DNA from: a virus
Taxonomy: Duplodnaviria; Caudoviricetes
Reading direction: 5' to 3' (one strand)
Virus record (IMG/VR): IMGVR_UViG_3300044448_008243
Coordinates: 8,088 to 72,087 of that record
Length of the DNA stretch: 64,000 bases
This document shows positions 9,002 through 16,905 of the stretch, piece by piece. The notes under the pieces were generated by a model. That model was not told the origin of the DNA. It ran no database searches and was given only the letters and a program-made list of their open reading frames with translations. The first letter of the stretch is position 1. Every line of letters begins with the position of its first letter. The translations under genes were made by a program, and so were the position numbers.

Positions 9002-9076
9002 TGGCTGCGGAGGCAGGACTCGAACCTGCAACCTTGAAGTTAACAGCTTCCTGCACTACCATTGTGCTACTCCGCA
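9002..9076 (-). tRNA. trnN: tRNA-Asn(GUU), CCA encoded
   Basis: Acceptor TGCGGAG/CTCCGCA, anticodon loop CT-GTT-AA, T arm GGTTCGAGTCC, ends G-CCA. Confidence 0.92.
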
Positions 9077-9355
9077 TTAGCTCCTTTCCTTTAATTTTAC
9101 AAGAGTTTTTAGTGTTTTGTTAAGGTCTATTTTGTGGACATCATCGCAGCGATAATATTTGGGGATAAAGTGATTTTTGTCTTCTGATCTTAGCTTGGCT
9201 TTCCACCTTTGGGATGTAACATATTTCTCATCGTCAATCCAATCAATCTTAGCCCAAAGCCAGCCGTCTCCTTTAAAATTTTCTTTAACTTCTTCAACTT
9301 TACCATAGCGATGCAATCCGCCATAGTTTTGGAAAACTATATCATTTACCTTCAT
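9077..9355 (-). CDS. Hypothetical protein (small beta-barrel-like)
   Basis: ATGA-type coupling with the upstream gene; ends immediately before tRNA-Asn. Confidence 0.7.
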   Translation of the reverse strand: MKVNDIVFQNYGGLHRYGKVEEVKENFKGDGWLWAKIDWIDDEKYVTSQRWKAKLRSEDKNHFIPKYYRCDDVHKIDLNKTLKTLVKLKERS

Positions 9356-10488
9356 TCCTTCTCCATCTTATTTGCTGTAACCGGTTCAAAAAGAACCACA
9401 AGATCCATAGAGGGGGTAGAATAATAAGCACCAAGGTAATTTTTATGTATTGCTTTAAAAAGCTCAGTCCATTCAATATCATTTCTAAAACCATAAGTAG
9501 GGTGCCTAATAGATTTCATAATTCCTTCAGGATCGCTTTTTATACTATACAGCTGATTTGTAGGAATGTCAAGAGAAAAAAGATGCTTTCCTTGCTTAAC
9601 TTGGCTTTCTGCTTGGTCAAGGTTGACATAAAAGAATGAACGAGGATATGTTGATCTTTCCTTTTCTCTTCTGGAATATCTTTGTTTTCCAAACTGTGAA
9701 GGGTCAACTTGTATTTTATCAGCTTCAACTGGAGCGTAGTGATAAAGGGTGACTTTGCCGTTATCATCATAGGCAGACAAGTCTGCTTCGTTTAGATTGT
9801 ACACCATGTGCATCTCGTTGATTTCTCTATCAACTCTCTGTGCTATTAGTTTTGCTGCTTGCCTTTGTTTTCCGGGCAGATCTTCGTAAGTTTTTGTCTC
9901 TTCGTCTTCTTTCATAACAAAGGGCCGCCCACTAACACGAGACATAAATTCGCCTGTTTCGCCGCCCATAAACTTGCCAACAGTTTCTTTTTGGTCTAAG
10001 CCGGGGTACTTCCCTTTGTTTGTGCCGTAAATGTAACCTTCTTCACCTTTTGGAACGAGAATAACTGAATCTTGACAATATCTTTTACCAAGATTGATTA
10101 TTTCTTCAAAGAAATGCGGGTCGTCTTTTAGGTTAGTTACAAAGAAACTGGCTTCTTTAACCTCTCTTGGTACTTTTTCTGGGTCAATAGATCCAAAGTT
10201 CTCAATATAAGAGCCTTGAATGTTTTTAACACCGTAGCCCTGACTAAGAAGGAAAGCTGAGAGTTCTTTATTGTTTCTTTTATTAGTTTCGCCTCTTTTT
10301 CCCATCTTGTCTCTCTCGGAGAGTTCTTCTTCGGATGGAGGCATATAAACGCACATAGATTTGTCATTTATATCGCCACGAAATGCTGTGATGAAGGCAG
10401 TATCGTAGTCAGACATATCTTGTCTAATTTTATTTAAGCCTGCTTCATTGATAAGAAATTTTTGCCAGTTTTTGTGTGGATTGTTCAT
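9352..10488 (-). CDS. Two-domain hypothetical protein: DUF3293-like N-terminus and possible ART-like C-terminus
   Basis: AFITAFR...NKRNNKEL...GYGVKNIQGSY...EASFFV, then VTLYHY...SFFYVN...HLFSLDI. Confidence 0.55.
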   Translation of the reverse strand: MNNPHKNWQKFLINEAGLNKIRQDMSDYDTAFITAFRGDINDKSMCVYMPPSEEELSERDKMGKRGETNKRNNKELSAFLLSQGYGVKNIQGSYIENFGSIDPEKVPREVKEASFFVTNLKDDPHFFEEIINLGKRYCQDSVILVPKGEEGYIYGTNKGKYPGLDQKETVGKFMGGETGEFMSRVSGRPFVMKEDEETKTYEDLPGKQRQAAKLIAQRVDREINEMHMVYNLNEADLSAYDDNGKVTLYHYAPVEADKIQVDPSQFGKQRYSRREKERSTYPRSFFYVNLDQAESQVKQGKHLFSLDIPTNQLYSIKSDPEGIMKSIRHPTYGFRNDIEWTELFKAIHKNYLGAYYSTPSMDLVVLFEPVTANKMEKE

Positions 10489-10519
10489 AATGGTAAATAG
10501 TTTATAATATTTAAAAAGA

Positions 10520-10844
10520 TGGTGGAGGTGGGGGGAATCGAACCCCCGTCCTAAATAACTCTGCTAATGAGTCGTTCACAAGGTTAGTCTGTAAAATACT
10601 AGAAAATAACACAGACAATTTATTTTCCATAAGCCTGCTTTCGCACCACTCATTTTTAGGAAATGAGAAACCATATGCCATTTTGGTTTAGAAGGTATGG
10701 CTACCCCCGATTACGCAGCTAGTGCGTATTCAGAGTAAGTGTCAGTATTTGCACTTATAAGTTTCAGCGTTTTTACAGAGACCGTCGCTGCCCTCTGCCT
10801 TGCACACATTAGTTTCACTACCCAGTCGAAACCTGTACACCCCC
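10520..10844 (-). ncRNA. ssrA: Transfer-messenger RNA, one-piece, 325 nt; tag (A)ANTDTYSEYALAA* at 10752..10711
   Basis: 5' GGGGGTGTACAGGTTTCGAC, 3' GGGTTCGATTCCCCCCACCTCCACCA, acceptor GGGGGTG/CACCTCC with a G:U pair, and an internal tag ORF ending YALAA-TAA. Confidence 0.96.
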
Positions 10845-10859
10845 ATATTTCAAAGAACT

Positions 10860-11019
10860 TCGCCCCCTCGCCATCCTAAGCAAACGAGGGGGCATCGTTA
10901 AAAAGCGAACGGATACTCGCAGAGCCGTCGTGCTATCCCTTCTTCAATATTTATCCCCTTCGTTAAGGGCATGGAAGGTTAACCTACTTGTTATTTAGAT
11001 AACGCCTTTCAACTTCCTA
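10860..11019 (-). ncRNA. Candidate structured RNA or long leader co-transcribed with tmRNA
   Basis: GC-rich, with several hairpins (GTTAT/ATAAC, CCCTT/AAGGG, GGATA/TATCC, 9-bp GCCCCCTCG/CGAGGGGGC); lies between a promoter and ssrA. Confidence 0.45.
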
Positions 11020-11025
11020 ATCATA

Positions 11026-11053
11026 ACTATACAGGTTTCTGAGATTATGTCAA
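11026..11053 (-). promoter_or_regulatory. Sigma70-type promoter for the leader and tmRNA
   Basis: TTGACA (11053-11048), a 16-nt spacer, then TATAGT (11031-11026). Confidence 0.6.
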
Positions 11054-11394
11054 TCAGTTTCTTCAAAAAAACCTATTGTATTATATTTTTTCAACAAGTT
11101 GTCCATTTTATCAACATCCATTCCAATCAAATTTGCGGCATCAACTTTAGTTCTACAAACTGAGATAGCTGTTTTCAATACAGCATCTCTTACTATGAAA
11201 GGTATTGATTTCCAAATAGGAATGCCAAATAATTTGCCACTTACAGGTCTGCTGGAGATTTCTAGTTTTAATGCGATCAAATCTTCCAATGGCAGATTAG
11301 AAACGAATATTTCCATTTCTTCAGGCAACTTTCCTTCTTTCCTCAACTTCCTAATAATACTATAACTTTTCTTCTTTTTTGAATCTTTTTTCAT
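11050..11394 (-). CDS. Fis-like (HTH_8-type) DNA-binding protein
   Basis: C-terminal AVLKTAISVCRTKVDAANLIGMDVDKMDNLLKKY fits the Fis/NtrC HTH pattern. Confidence 0.65.
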   Translation of the reverse strand: MKKDSKKKKSYSIIRKLRKEGKLPEEMEIFVSNLPLEDLIALKLEISSRPVSGKLFGIPIWKSIPFIVRDAVLKTAISVCRTKVDAANLIGMDVDKMDNLLKKYNTIGFFEETD

Positions 11395-11401
11395 TTTTTA
11401 T

Positions 11402-11430
11402 TTGACATTGAAAATTTGCTGTGCTACCCT
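11402..11430 (+). promoter_or_regulatory. Sigma70-type promoter
   Basis: TTGACA, a 17-nt spacer ending TG-C, then TACCCT. Confidence 0.5.
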
Positions 11431-11460
11431 CAAAACAACTAATTACTAGTTATTATTAGC

Positions 11461-11937
11461 ATGTTAAAAACTACTTGGAATACTGGTTCTAAAGATATCA
11501 TAGAATTTAATGATATTATAGAACAGATTAAAAAACATACCTTATTAAATGGTACTGTATATATTGGTACTGATTCTTTCTTTATTAAAAATAAATGTAT
11601 ATTTGCTACTGCTATTTGCTTATATGGAGCAGATAAACAAAAAGGTGGTAGGTATTTTTATATTAAAACAAGTCTAAATAAGAAACAATTTCCTGAACTA
11701 AGTATCCGCATGATTAAGGAAGCAGAAAAGACTATAAATCTAGCAAATCATATTGTAGAATTAATTCCAACTGCTAAACTAGAACTACACTTAGATATTA
11801 GCCCACAAGAAAATAACGAAGGCACTAGTCACTTGGCTAAGATGTTAGTTGGCTATGTAAAAGGTTCTGGCTATGAATGCAAAATAAAGCCTGATGCTTT
11901 TGCTGCTGCGTCAATCGCAGATAAACACTCTAAGTAA
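11461..11937 (+). CDS. RNase H-like YkuK (DUF458) family protein
   Basis: VYIGTDS, FATAICL, GGRYFY, ELHLDI and GY.CKIKPDAFAAASIADKH. Confidence 0.85.
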   Translation: MLKTTWNTGSKDIIEFNDIIEQIKKHTLLNGTVYIGTDSFFIKNKCIFATAICLYGADKQKGGRYFYIKTSLNKKQFPELSIRMIKEAEKTINLANHIVELIPTAKLELHLDISPQENNEGTSHLAKMLVGYVKGSGYECKIKPDAFAAASIADKHSK

Positions 11938-11948
11938 AGGGAAATATT

Positions 11949-12464
11949 ATGATTACCACATCTGTCTTAATATGTATGACTGTTTTTTCTATTGATATGA
12001 GAAATGCGGATGTTATATGTGATAATGCTCATATTATTGAAGAAATGTCAAAAACATATGACCTAGACCCGTCTCTTATTATTGCTGTGGGTAGAATCGA
12101 AAGCGCTTGGACCCCAACAGCTAAAAGTCCTGCAAATGCTTGTGGGATTATGCAAGTTCTTCCAAAATACTCTAAGAAATTTGCTAATAAGGGAAGAAAT
12201 TTAACTTGCGAAGAGCTTAAAGATCCAGAAACCAGTATTAGAGTTGGAACTAAAATACTAAGCTATTGGCTTCATAAATATGCTAAGGGAAACGAAACTA
12301 CAGCATTGTGCGGATATAACGCAGGATTTAGATGCAAAGGCGAAAATAAGAACAAGCAAGGTTTAAAATACGCCAAAGCTGTGTTAAAATACAGAAAATA
12401 TTTTAAAAGAAAAATGAGAATACAAAAGCGAAAATACAAAAATGAAATGTTTGCCAACCACTAA
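11949..12464 (+). CDS. Lytic transglycosylase (SLT domain)
   Basis: DPSLIIAVGRIES (catalytic E), ACGIMQV and ALCGYNAG; hydrophobic N-terminus. Confidence 0.9.
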   Translation: MITTSVLICMTVFSIDMRNADVICDNAHIIEEMSKTYDLDPSLIIAVGRIESAWTPTAKSPANACGIMQVLPKYSKKFANKGRNLTCEELKDPETSIRVGTKILSYWLHKYAKGNETTALCGYNAGFRCKGENKNKQGLKYAKAVLKYRKYFKRKMRIQKRKYKNEMFANH

Positions 12465-12506
12465 CTATTTATTATCGTTGAAAAAAACATTTAGGAGATT
12501 AATAAA

Positions 12507-13658
12507 ATGAATGATTTAAACTTGCCAACTCTGGATATCGAAGACATTGATATTGATGAGATTGAACAATCTAAGATGGACCTTGTTGAAGACGAAAGTG
12601 GCGGAGCCCTTCGCTATGGTATAGTTGGCTCAGGTCAAGGCGGCGGAAGAATGGCTAAAGCATTCTTTGACTTGGGATATAGAAAAACAATCGCGTTTAA
12701 TTTGGCAAAGTCAGACCTTAATCATTTGGGCTTACCAGAGAACCACAAACATCATTTAGAGTATGAGGGCGCTTCTGGTGCTGGGAAAAACCATGCTGTA
12801 TCAAAGCAGGCTTTCGATGATAAAAGCCAAGAAGTATTTAATAAATTTAAAGAAATCTTTGGTGATAATATTGATCGCATTTTAATTTGCGTCGGAGTCG
12901 GCGGCGGAACAGGTGGCGGAAGTGTCATGTCCCTTCTGGACACTGCAAAGCGATATTTTGCATACATCGGCGTTGAAAATCCCAATGAAAGAATCGGCGT
13001 TATTGCTTCTCTGCCAACTACAGGTGAATGCGCTTCTCCAATTGTTGCAGAAAATTCTTACAATAGAATGACAGAGCTTTGCAAAGAAGCAGAAAAAGGT
13101 AATTTTGCACCTCTCATTATTATTGATAATGATAAGATTAAAAAATTATATTCTCGCTTAACTGTGAAGCAATTCTGGCCGACACTCAATAATACAGTCG
13201 CCGGTCTTTTTCACATCTTTAATCTTCTTTGCACCAAAAACTCTGATTATACTGTTTTTGACCCAGCAGATTACGATAGTATTATGAAAACGGCTGGTTG
13301 TATGATCTTCGGGGCTACAACAATCAAAGACCCGGAAAGCCCAACATCAGTTTCTCAAGGTCTTCGTAATAATCTAGAAAAAACACTTCTTGCCAGTGGG
13401 TTTGATTTGACTTCCGCAAAAGGTGCCGCATCTATTATTGTTGGCGGAACTGAACTATATGAAACAGTCCCCGGTCTCATGGATAATATTGAATATGGCT
13501 TTGATACTCTGGCTACCTTAACTGGCGGTGCTATCATCCATAGGGGTATTTATGAAGATCCAGAAAGAGAAAAGCTTGTAGCCTACACAATCGTTGGCGG
13601 TCTCAAATCCCCAAAGAAAAGAATTGAAGAATTGAAAAAGTTCTTGAAATTGAAATAA
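12507..13658 (+). CDS. Tubulin/FtsZ-superfamily GTPase (CetZ/TubZ-like, two-domain)
   Basis: GSGQGGGRM (T1), GAGKN (T3), GGGTGGGS (T4 signature), IIDND (T6), FDPADY (T7) and a C-domain RGIY...AYTIVGGL. Confidence 0.9.
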   Translation: MNDLNLPTLDIEDIDIDEIEQSKMDLVEDESGGALRYGIVGSGQGGGRMAKAFFDLGYRKTIAFNLAKSDLNHLGLPENHKHHLEYEGASGAGKNHAVSKQAFDDKSQEVFNKFKEIFGDNIDRILICVGVGGGTGGGSVMSLLDTAKRYFAYIGVENPNERIGVIASLPTTGECASPIVAENSYNRMTELCKEAEKGNFAPLIIIDNDKIKKLYSRLTVKQFWPTLNNTVAGLFHIFNLLCTKNSDYTVFDPADYDSIMKTAGCMIFGATTIKDPESPTSVSQGLRNNLEKTLLASGFDLTSAKGAASIIVGGTELYETVPGLMDNIEYGFDTLATLTGGAIIHRGIYEDPEREKLVAYTIVGGLKSPKKRIEELKKFLKLK

Positions 13659-13672
13659 AAATAAGCTATAAT
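13644..13672 (+). promoter_or_regulatory. Sigma70-type promoter, probably giving a leaderless mRNA at ATG 13680
   Basis: TTGAAA-N17-TATAAT, with the ATG 8 nt downstream of the -10 box. Confidence 0.6.
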
Positions 13673-13679
13673 GTCTCTC

Positions 13680-14033
13680 ATGAAGAGCGTTATAAAAATT
13701 ATTTCTATTCTTTTCTTACTCACTCCTCTTGTTGTTCAAGCACAAGATTATTCACAAATTAGAAGACATTCAAATGTTTGGGTAAACGAGTGCAAGTCTT
13801 GTCACTCACCTTATCAAGAATTAGCTAAAGATGTTGGCATCCAAACAGAACAGTACATGTTTAATTTTGTTTATTATCACAAAAATAAGGATGGTAAAGA
13901 ATTTAATAAAATCTTATCCGCCGAGGAGATAGACTTTGTTGCTAGATTTGTATTGATAGCTGCTTATCTACATAAGCTGGAAGCGGATATGCGAAAAGCT
14001 GGGGAGCACTTGAAGAAGAATTTTGAATTATAA
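13680..14033 (+). CDS. Secreted mono-haem c-type cytochrome-like protein
   Basis: Signal peptide ending VVQA, a CKSCH haem motif and a C-terminal helix LSAEEIDFVARFV typical of class I cytochromes c. Confidence 0.7.
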   Translation: MKSVIKIISILFLLTPLVVQAQDYSQIRRHSNVWVNECKSCHSPYQELAKDVGIQTEQYMFNFVYYHKNKDGKEFNKILSAEEIDFVARFVLIAAYLHKLEADMRKAGEHLKKNFEL

Positions 14034-14107
<74 letters not shown>

Positions 14108-14136
14108 CTACATATTGTATAAACACAGAGGTTTTT

Positions 14137-14757
14137 ATGAAAAAATATTGGCACTTAGAAGCAGAAGATGAAGAAAATGAAGGTCCAACTATGATGGCAG
14201 GATCTTCAGATGACAGCAGAGTTTCGGTAGAACAAAACAGGATATATTTTTATTCTGGTGTGACTAGGCAGGACAATCTTGCCCTCAACAAGTTGATACA
14301 CACCACAGGAAATAAACTAGCAAACATTCAGCAGATTTATAAACTTGAATGTCCTCCAAAATTAAATATACATATTAATTCTTATGGTGGTTCTGTTTTC
14401 GCAGGTTTCGGTTCAGTTGACTACATCCGAAATTGCCCCGTTCCAGTTGTTTCCATTATCGATGGCTGTGCTGCATCTGCTGCCACAATTATGAGTGTTG
14501 TTGCCGAAGAGAGACTTATGCACGAGCATGCTTTCATGCTAATTCACCAACTATCATCAGGCATGTGGGGCAAGTTTGAAGAGATGAAGGATGATATGAA
14601 AAACAACGAGTTGTTGATGAAAAAGATTATCGGAATCTACGAAGAACACACTAAAATACCTAAATCAAAAATCAAAGATATTCTAAAAAGAGATCTATGG
14701 TGGGACGCCAAGACTTGTTTAAAGTATGGTCTTGTCGATGATATTATCATCCCATGA
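14137..14757 (+). CDS. clpP: ClpP-family serine protease
   Basis: HINSYGGSV, CAASAAT (catalytic S), MLIHQ (catalytic H) and RDLWWDAKTCLKYGLVDDI. Confidence 0.9.
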   Translation: MKKYWHLEAEDEENEGPTMMAGSSDDSRVSVEQNRIYFYSGVTRQDNLALNKLIHTTGNKLANIQQIYKLECPPKLNIHINSYGGSVFAGFGSVDYIRNCPVPVVSIIDGCAASAATIMSVVAEERLMHEHAFMLIHQLSSGMWGKFEEMKDDMKNNELLMKKIIGIYEEHTKIPKSKIKDILKRDLWWDAKTCLKYGLVDDIIIP

Positions 14758-15221
14758 GTGAAAAAACAATACTAGTAAGCGGTGCTTTCAACCCACTTCA
14801 TTTCGGTCATTTGCTTCTTTTAAAAGATGCTAGCAAATATGGAAAAGTGATTGTAGCCTTAAACAGCGATGAATGGATCATGCAAAATAAAGGATATCTT
14901 TTATTTGATTTTGAAACCAGAAAAAGCCTACTAGAAGAGTGTGAGCATGTATCTAAAGTAGTTTCTTTTGATGACACCGATGGAGATGCAGTATACGCTC
15001 TGTTTGAGATTAGACCAACATATTTTGGAAATGGTGGATCTGCTACAGGGTGTTCTTTACCAGAGGTTGAGATGAGAGTTTGTGAATATCTTGGGATTGA
15101 ACCTGTTTTTAATCTAGGAGATACTGTAAAAAATATAGATAATAATGTGCTGGTATCCGCACAGAGATCTATAATCAATCACGCAAACAAAGAACTAAAA
15201 AATCTCAAATCTCAAAAATAA
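14754..15221 (+). CDS. Cytidylyltransferase-like (HIGH family; TagD/RfaE-II type) protein
   Basis: VSGAFNPLHFGH and IVALNSDEW. Confidence 0.85.
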   Translation: MSEKTILVSGAFNPLHFGHLLLLKDASKYGKVIVALNSDEWIMQNKGYLLFDFETRKSLLEECEHVSKVVSFDDTDGDAVYALFEIRPTYFGNGGSATGCSLPEVEMRVCEYLGIEPVFNLGDTVKNIDNNVLVSAQRSIINHANKELKNLKSQK

Positions 15222-15837
15222 CTTCTTGATCAATCCAAATCTTCACAGGTTGACCCTTATACATCGCTGGCTCAAAGGTCCAGTTAGCAACTGCTTTCAG
15301 GGCAGCATCGTCAAACACACTCTTTGGCAGAGACTTTGTAACACGGCTCTTTAGAACCCTACCTTCTTTACTCAACAATATTTTCAAAGTTATTTTACCC
15401 GTAATACCATCTCTTGCTGCTTGTCTTGGATAGGCAGGCGGTTTATTAGAAATGTTTGGTCTCGGCTTTGTATCAACAGATCCAGCAGTCATAAGTAAAT
15501 CTTTTGCGCTCTCTACCTCGCCAAGTAGATCATTACTAACAATATCCTTTATTTCTAGGGAAGGTATATCAAAGGATGCTCCCACAAGTGTGGATAGTAT
15601 AACTGGCTTGGGTGCTTTGGCTTTCGCAGCCTTTTTTACCCTTTCCTTCTTCTTTTTCTTTTTCGGCTTGACTGGTGGTTTTTTAACCTTCTCAACCTTG
15701 AAGACAGTTTGTTTTTGTTCTGGTTTCTTATCCTTGTCCAAACTTTTCTCGTTGAGGGCAATAATAAAAAACATCACACCAAAGAAGCCAGCAAAGCCTA
15801 TCAGTAGAGACATAAAAAATCTTTTTATCTTTTTCAT
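15205..15837 (-). CDS. tonB: TonB-family energy transducer
   Basis: N-terminal TM helix, K/P-rich linker, and a TonB_C domain PPAYPRQA...G.I.L.I.LSKEGRV...FDDAALKAVANWTFEPAMYKGQPVK. Confidence 0.88.
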   Translation of the reverse strand: MKKIKRFFMSLLIGFAGFFGVMFFIIALNEKSLDKDKKPEQKQTVFKVEKVKKPPVKPKKKKKKERVKKAAKAKAPKPVILSTLVGASFDIPSLEIKDIVSNDLLGEVESAKDLLMTAGSVDTKPRPNISNKPPAYPRQAARDGITGKITLKILLSKEGRVLKSRVTKSLPKSVFDDAALKAVANWTFEPAMYKGQPVKIWIDQEVIFEI

Positions 15838-15875
15838 ATCTATACTTATTTTTTGCTATTGTCATAAGATAAACC

Positions 15876-15905
15876 TTGACAAAGATGTAACAATAATGTT
15901 ATAAA
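15876..15905 (+). promoter_or_regulatory. Sigma70-type promoter for tRNA-Leu
   Basis: TTGACA, an 18-nt spacer ending TG-T, then TATAAA. Confidence 0.6.
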
Positions 15906-15921
15906 CTGTATAGATTAAAAT

Positions 15922-16007
15922 GTCGGGGTGGTGGAACTGGTAGACACAGCAGACTTAAAATCTGCCGCACTAAAGCGTGTGTGGGGGTTCGAATCCCCCT
16001 CTCGACA
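15922..16007 (+). tRNA. trnL: tRNA-Leu(UAA), long variable arm, CCA not encoded (followed by CTA)
   Basis: GCAGA-CT-TAA-AA-TCTGC anticodon arm; D loop GGAACTGGTAGAC; GGTTCGAATCC. Confidence 0.93.
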
Positions 16008-16835
16008 CTAAAGACTATTATCGCTCATATCAGACAGACCCAATCCTTTCCAAAAAGGCTCAACAACTCTGTCTTTTTTCTCTCCAAGTCTCAATCTCTC
16101 ATTCTTCCTTATACCATTAACGATAAAGGCTCTAAGCTCTTTAAGTGGGGGAGAGACTGACACAACTGGGAAATATACATTGACCGAGTGGATCATACCA
16201 ACGATTTCATTGTGTTTATTAAAGATAGGAGAACCAGAACTACCGCCCATTGCAGGCACAGAATAATATGCTCTAGTATCTCTATTTCCCATAAAGAATC
16301 CTTCTAAAAGAGGAACAACATCTTTATAAAAAATACCAACAGGGGCAGCAACGTTATAGACCCTCTCCCCTTCTTCTAAAGATCTAGAGTATGGTGCTAT
16401 TTTTGCTACTTTAGTCGTGTAAAGATTACGAGCAAACAACAAACAAGTATCAATAGTGTGATCCATACTAATAATGTCAGATACATACTCTCCAAGGCTA
16501 AAATTAACTGATCTCATTTGTACTAATATTTTTGAACCAGCAAATTCCGATGCTAGTTGCATCTCTTTCTCAAAAGAACAAACATGACCAGCAGTCAAAA
16601 CATAAGATCCTTCATCAGTTCTCATAACAACAGCACCAGATCCAGTTGATCTACTTGTTTTTGTTAAACATTCTTTAGGATCCGCAGGATTACAAACGGT
16701 AATAGCTACATTTTGTTTTATTTTAACAAATGTGTCTCTGGCATCTCTTTGAAAATCAAGATTAGATGTAGCACAAGAAAGTATTGAAAGACTAAATATG
16801 AATAATGATAGTATAGTTAAAAGTCTGTTTCGCAT
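16008..16835 (-). CDS. Trypsin-like serine protease with a lipoprotein-type signal
   Basis: ILSC lipobox-like, TGSGAVV, LTAGHVC (H), DTCLL (D) and GGSSGSPIFN (S). Confidence 0.88.
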   Translation of the reverse strand: MRNRLLTILSLFIFSLSILSCATSNLDFQRDARDTFVKIKQNVAITVCNPADPKECLTKTSRSTGSGAVVMRTDEGSYVLTAGHVCSFEKEMQLASEFAGSKILVQMRSVNFSLGEYVSDIISMDHTIDTCLLFARNLYTTKVAKIAPYSRSLEEGERVYNVAAPVGIFYKDVVPLLEGFFMGNRDTRAYYSVPAMGGSSGSPIFNKHNEIVGMIHSVNVYFPVVSVSPPLKELRAFIVNGIRKNERLRLGEKKDRVVEPFWKGLGLSDMSDNSL

Positions 16836-16905
16836 ATCTTAACTAGTTTCAAAAAAGTTTAAACTTTAATATTTTCTGGTAGTATTTATAATACGAGGTA
16901 TACCT

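Noticed and set aside
8990-9031. N-terminal extension MQVRVLPPQPCELV of the track ORF 8732..9031
   Set aside because: It is the translated T arm and acceptor stem of tRNA-Asn; the real start is ATG 8989.
10870-10971. Short ORFs in the tmRNA leader (e.g. MPLTKGINIEEGIARRLCEYPFAF)
   Set aside because: There is no SD, and the dense hairpins are better explained as RNA structure; not formally excluded.
10860-11019. Assignment of the leader RNA to 6S, SRP, a known riboswitch or a ribozyme
   Set aside because: None of their diagnostic motifs could be found by eye, so it is left as an unknown structured RNA.
12507-13658. Calling this a nucleus-forming (PhiKZ-like) phage or a cellular ftsZ
   Set aside because: No chimallin or multisubunit RNAP gene is in the window, there are no dcw-cluster neighbours, and the protein has no FtsZ C-terminal peptide.
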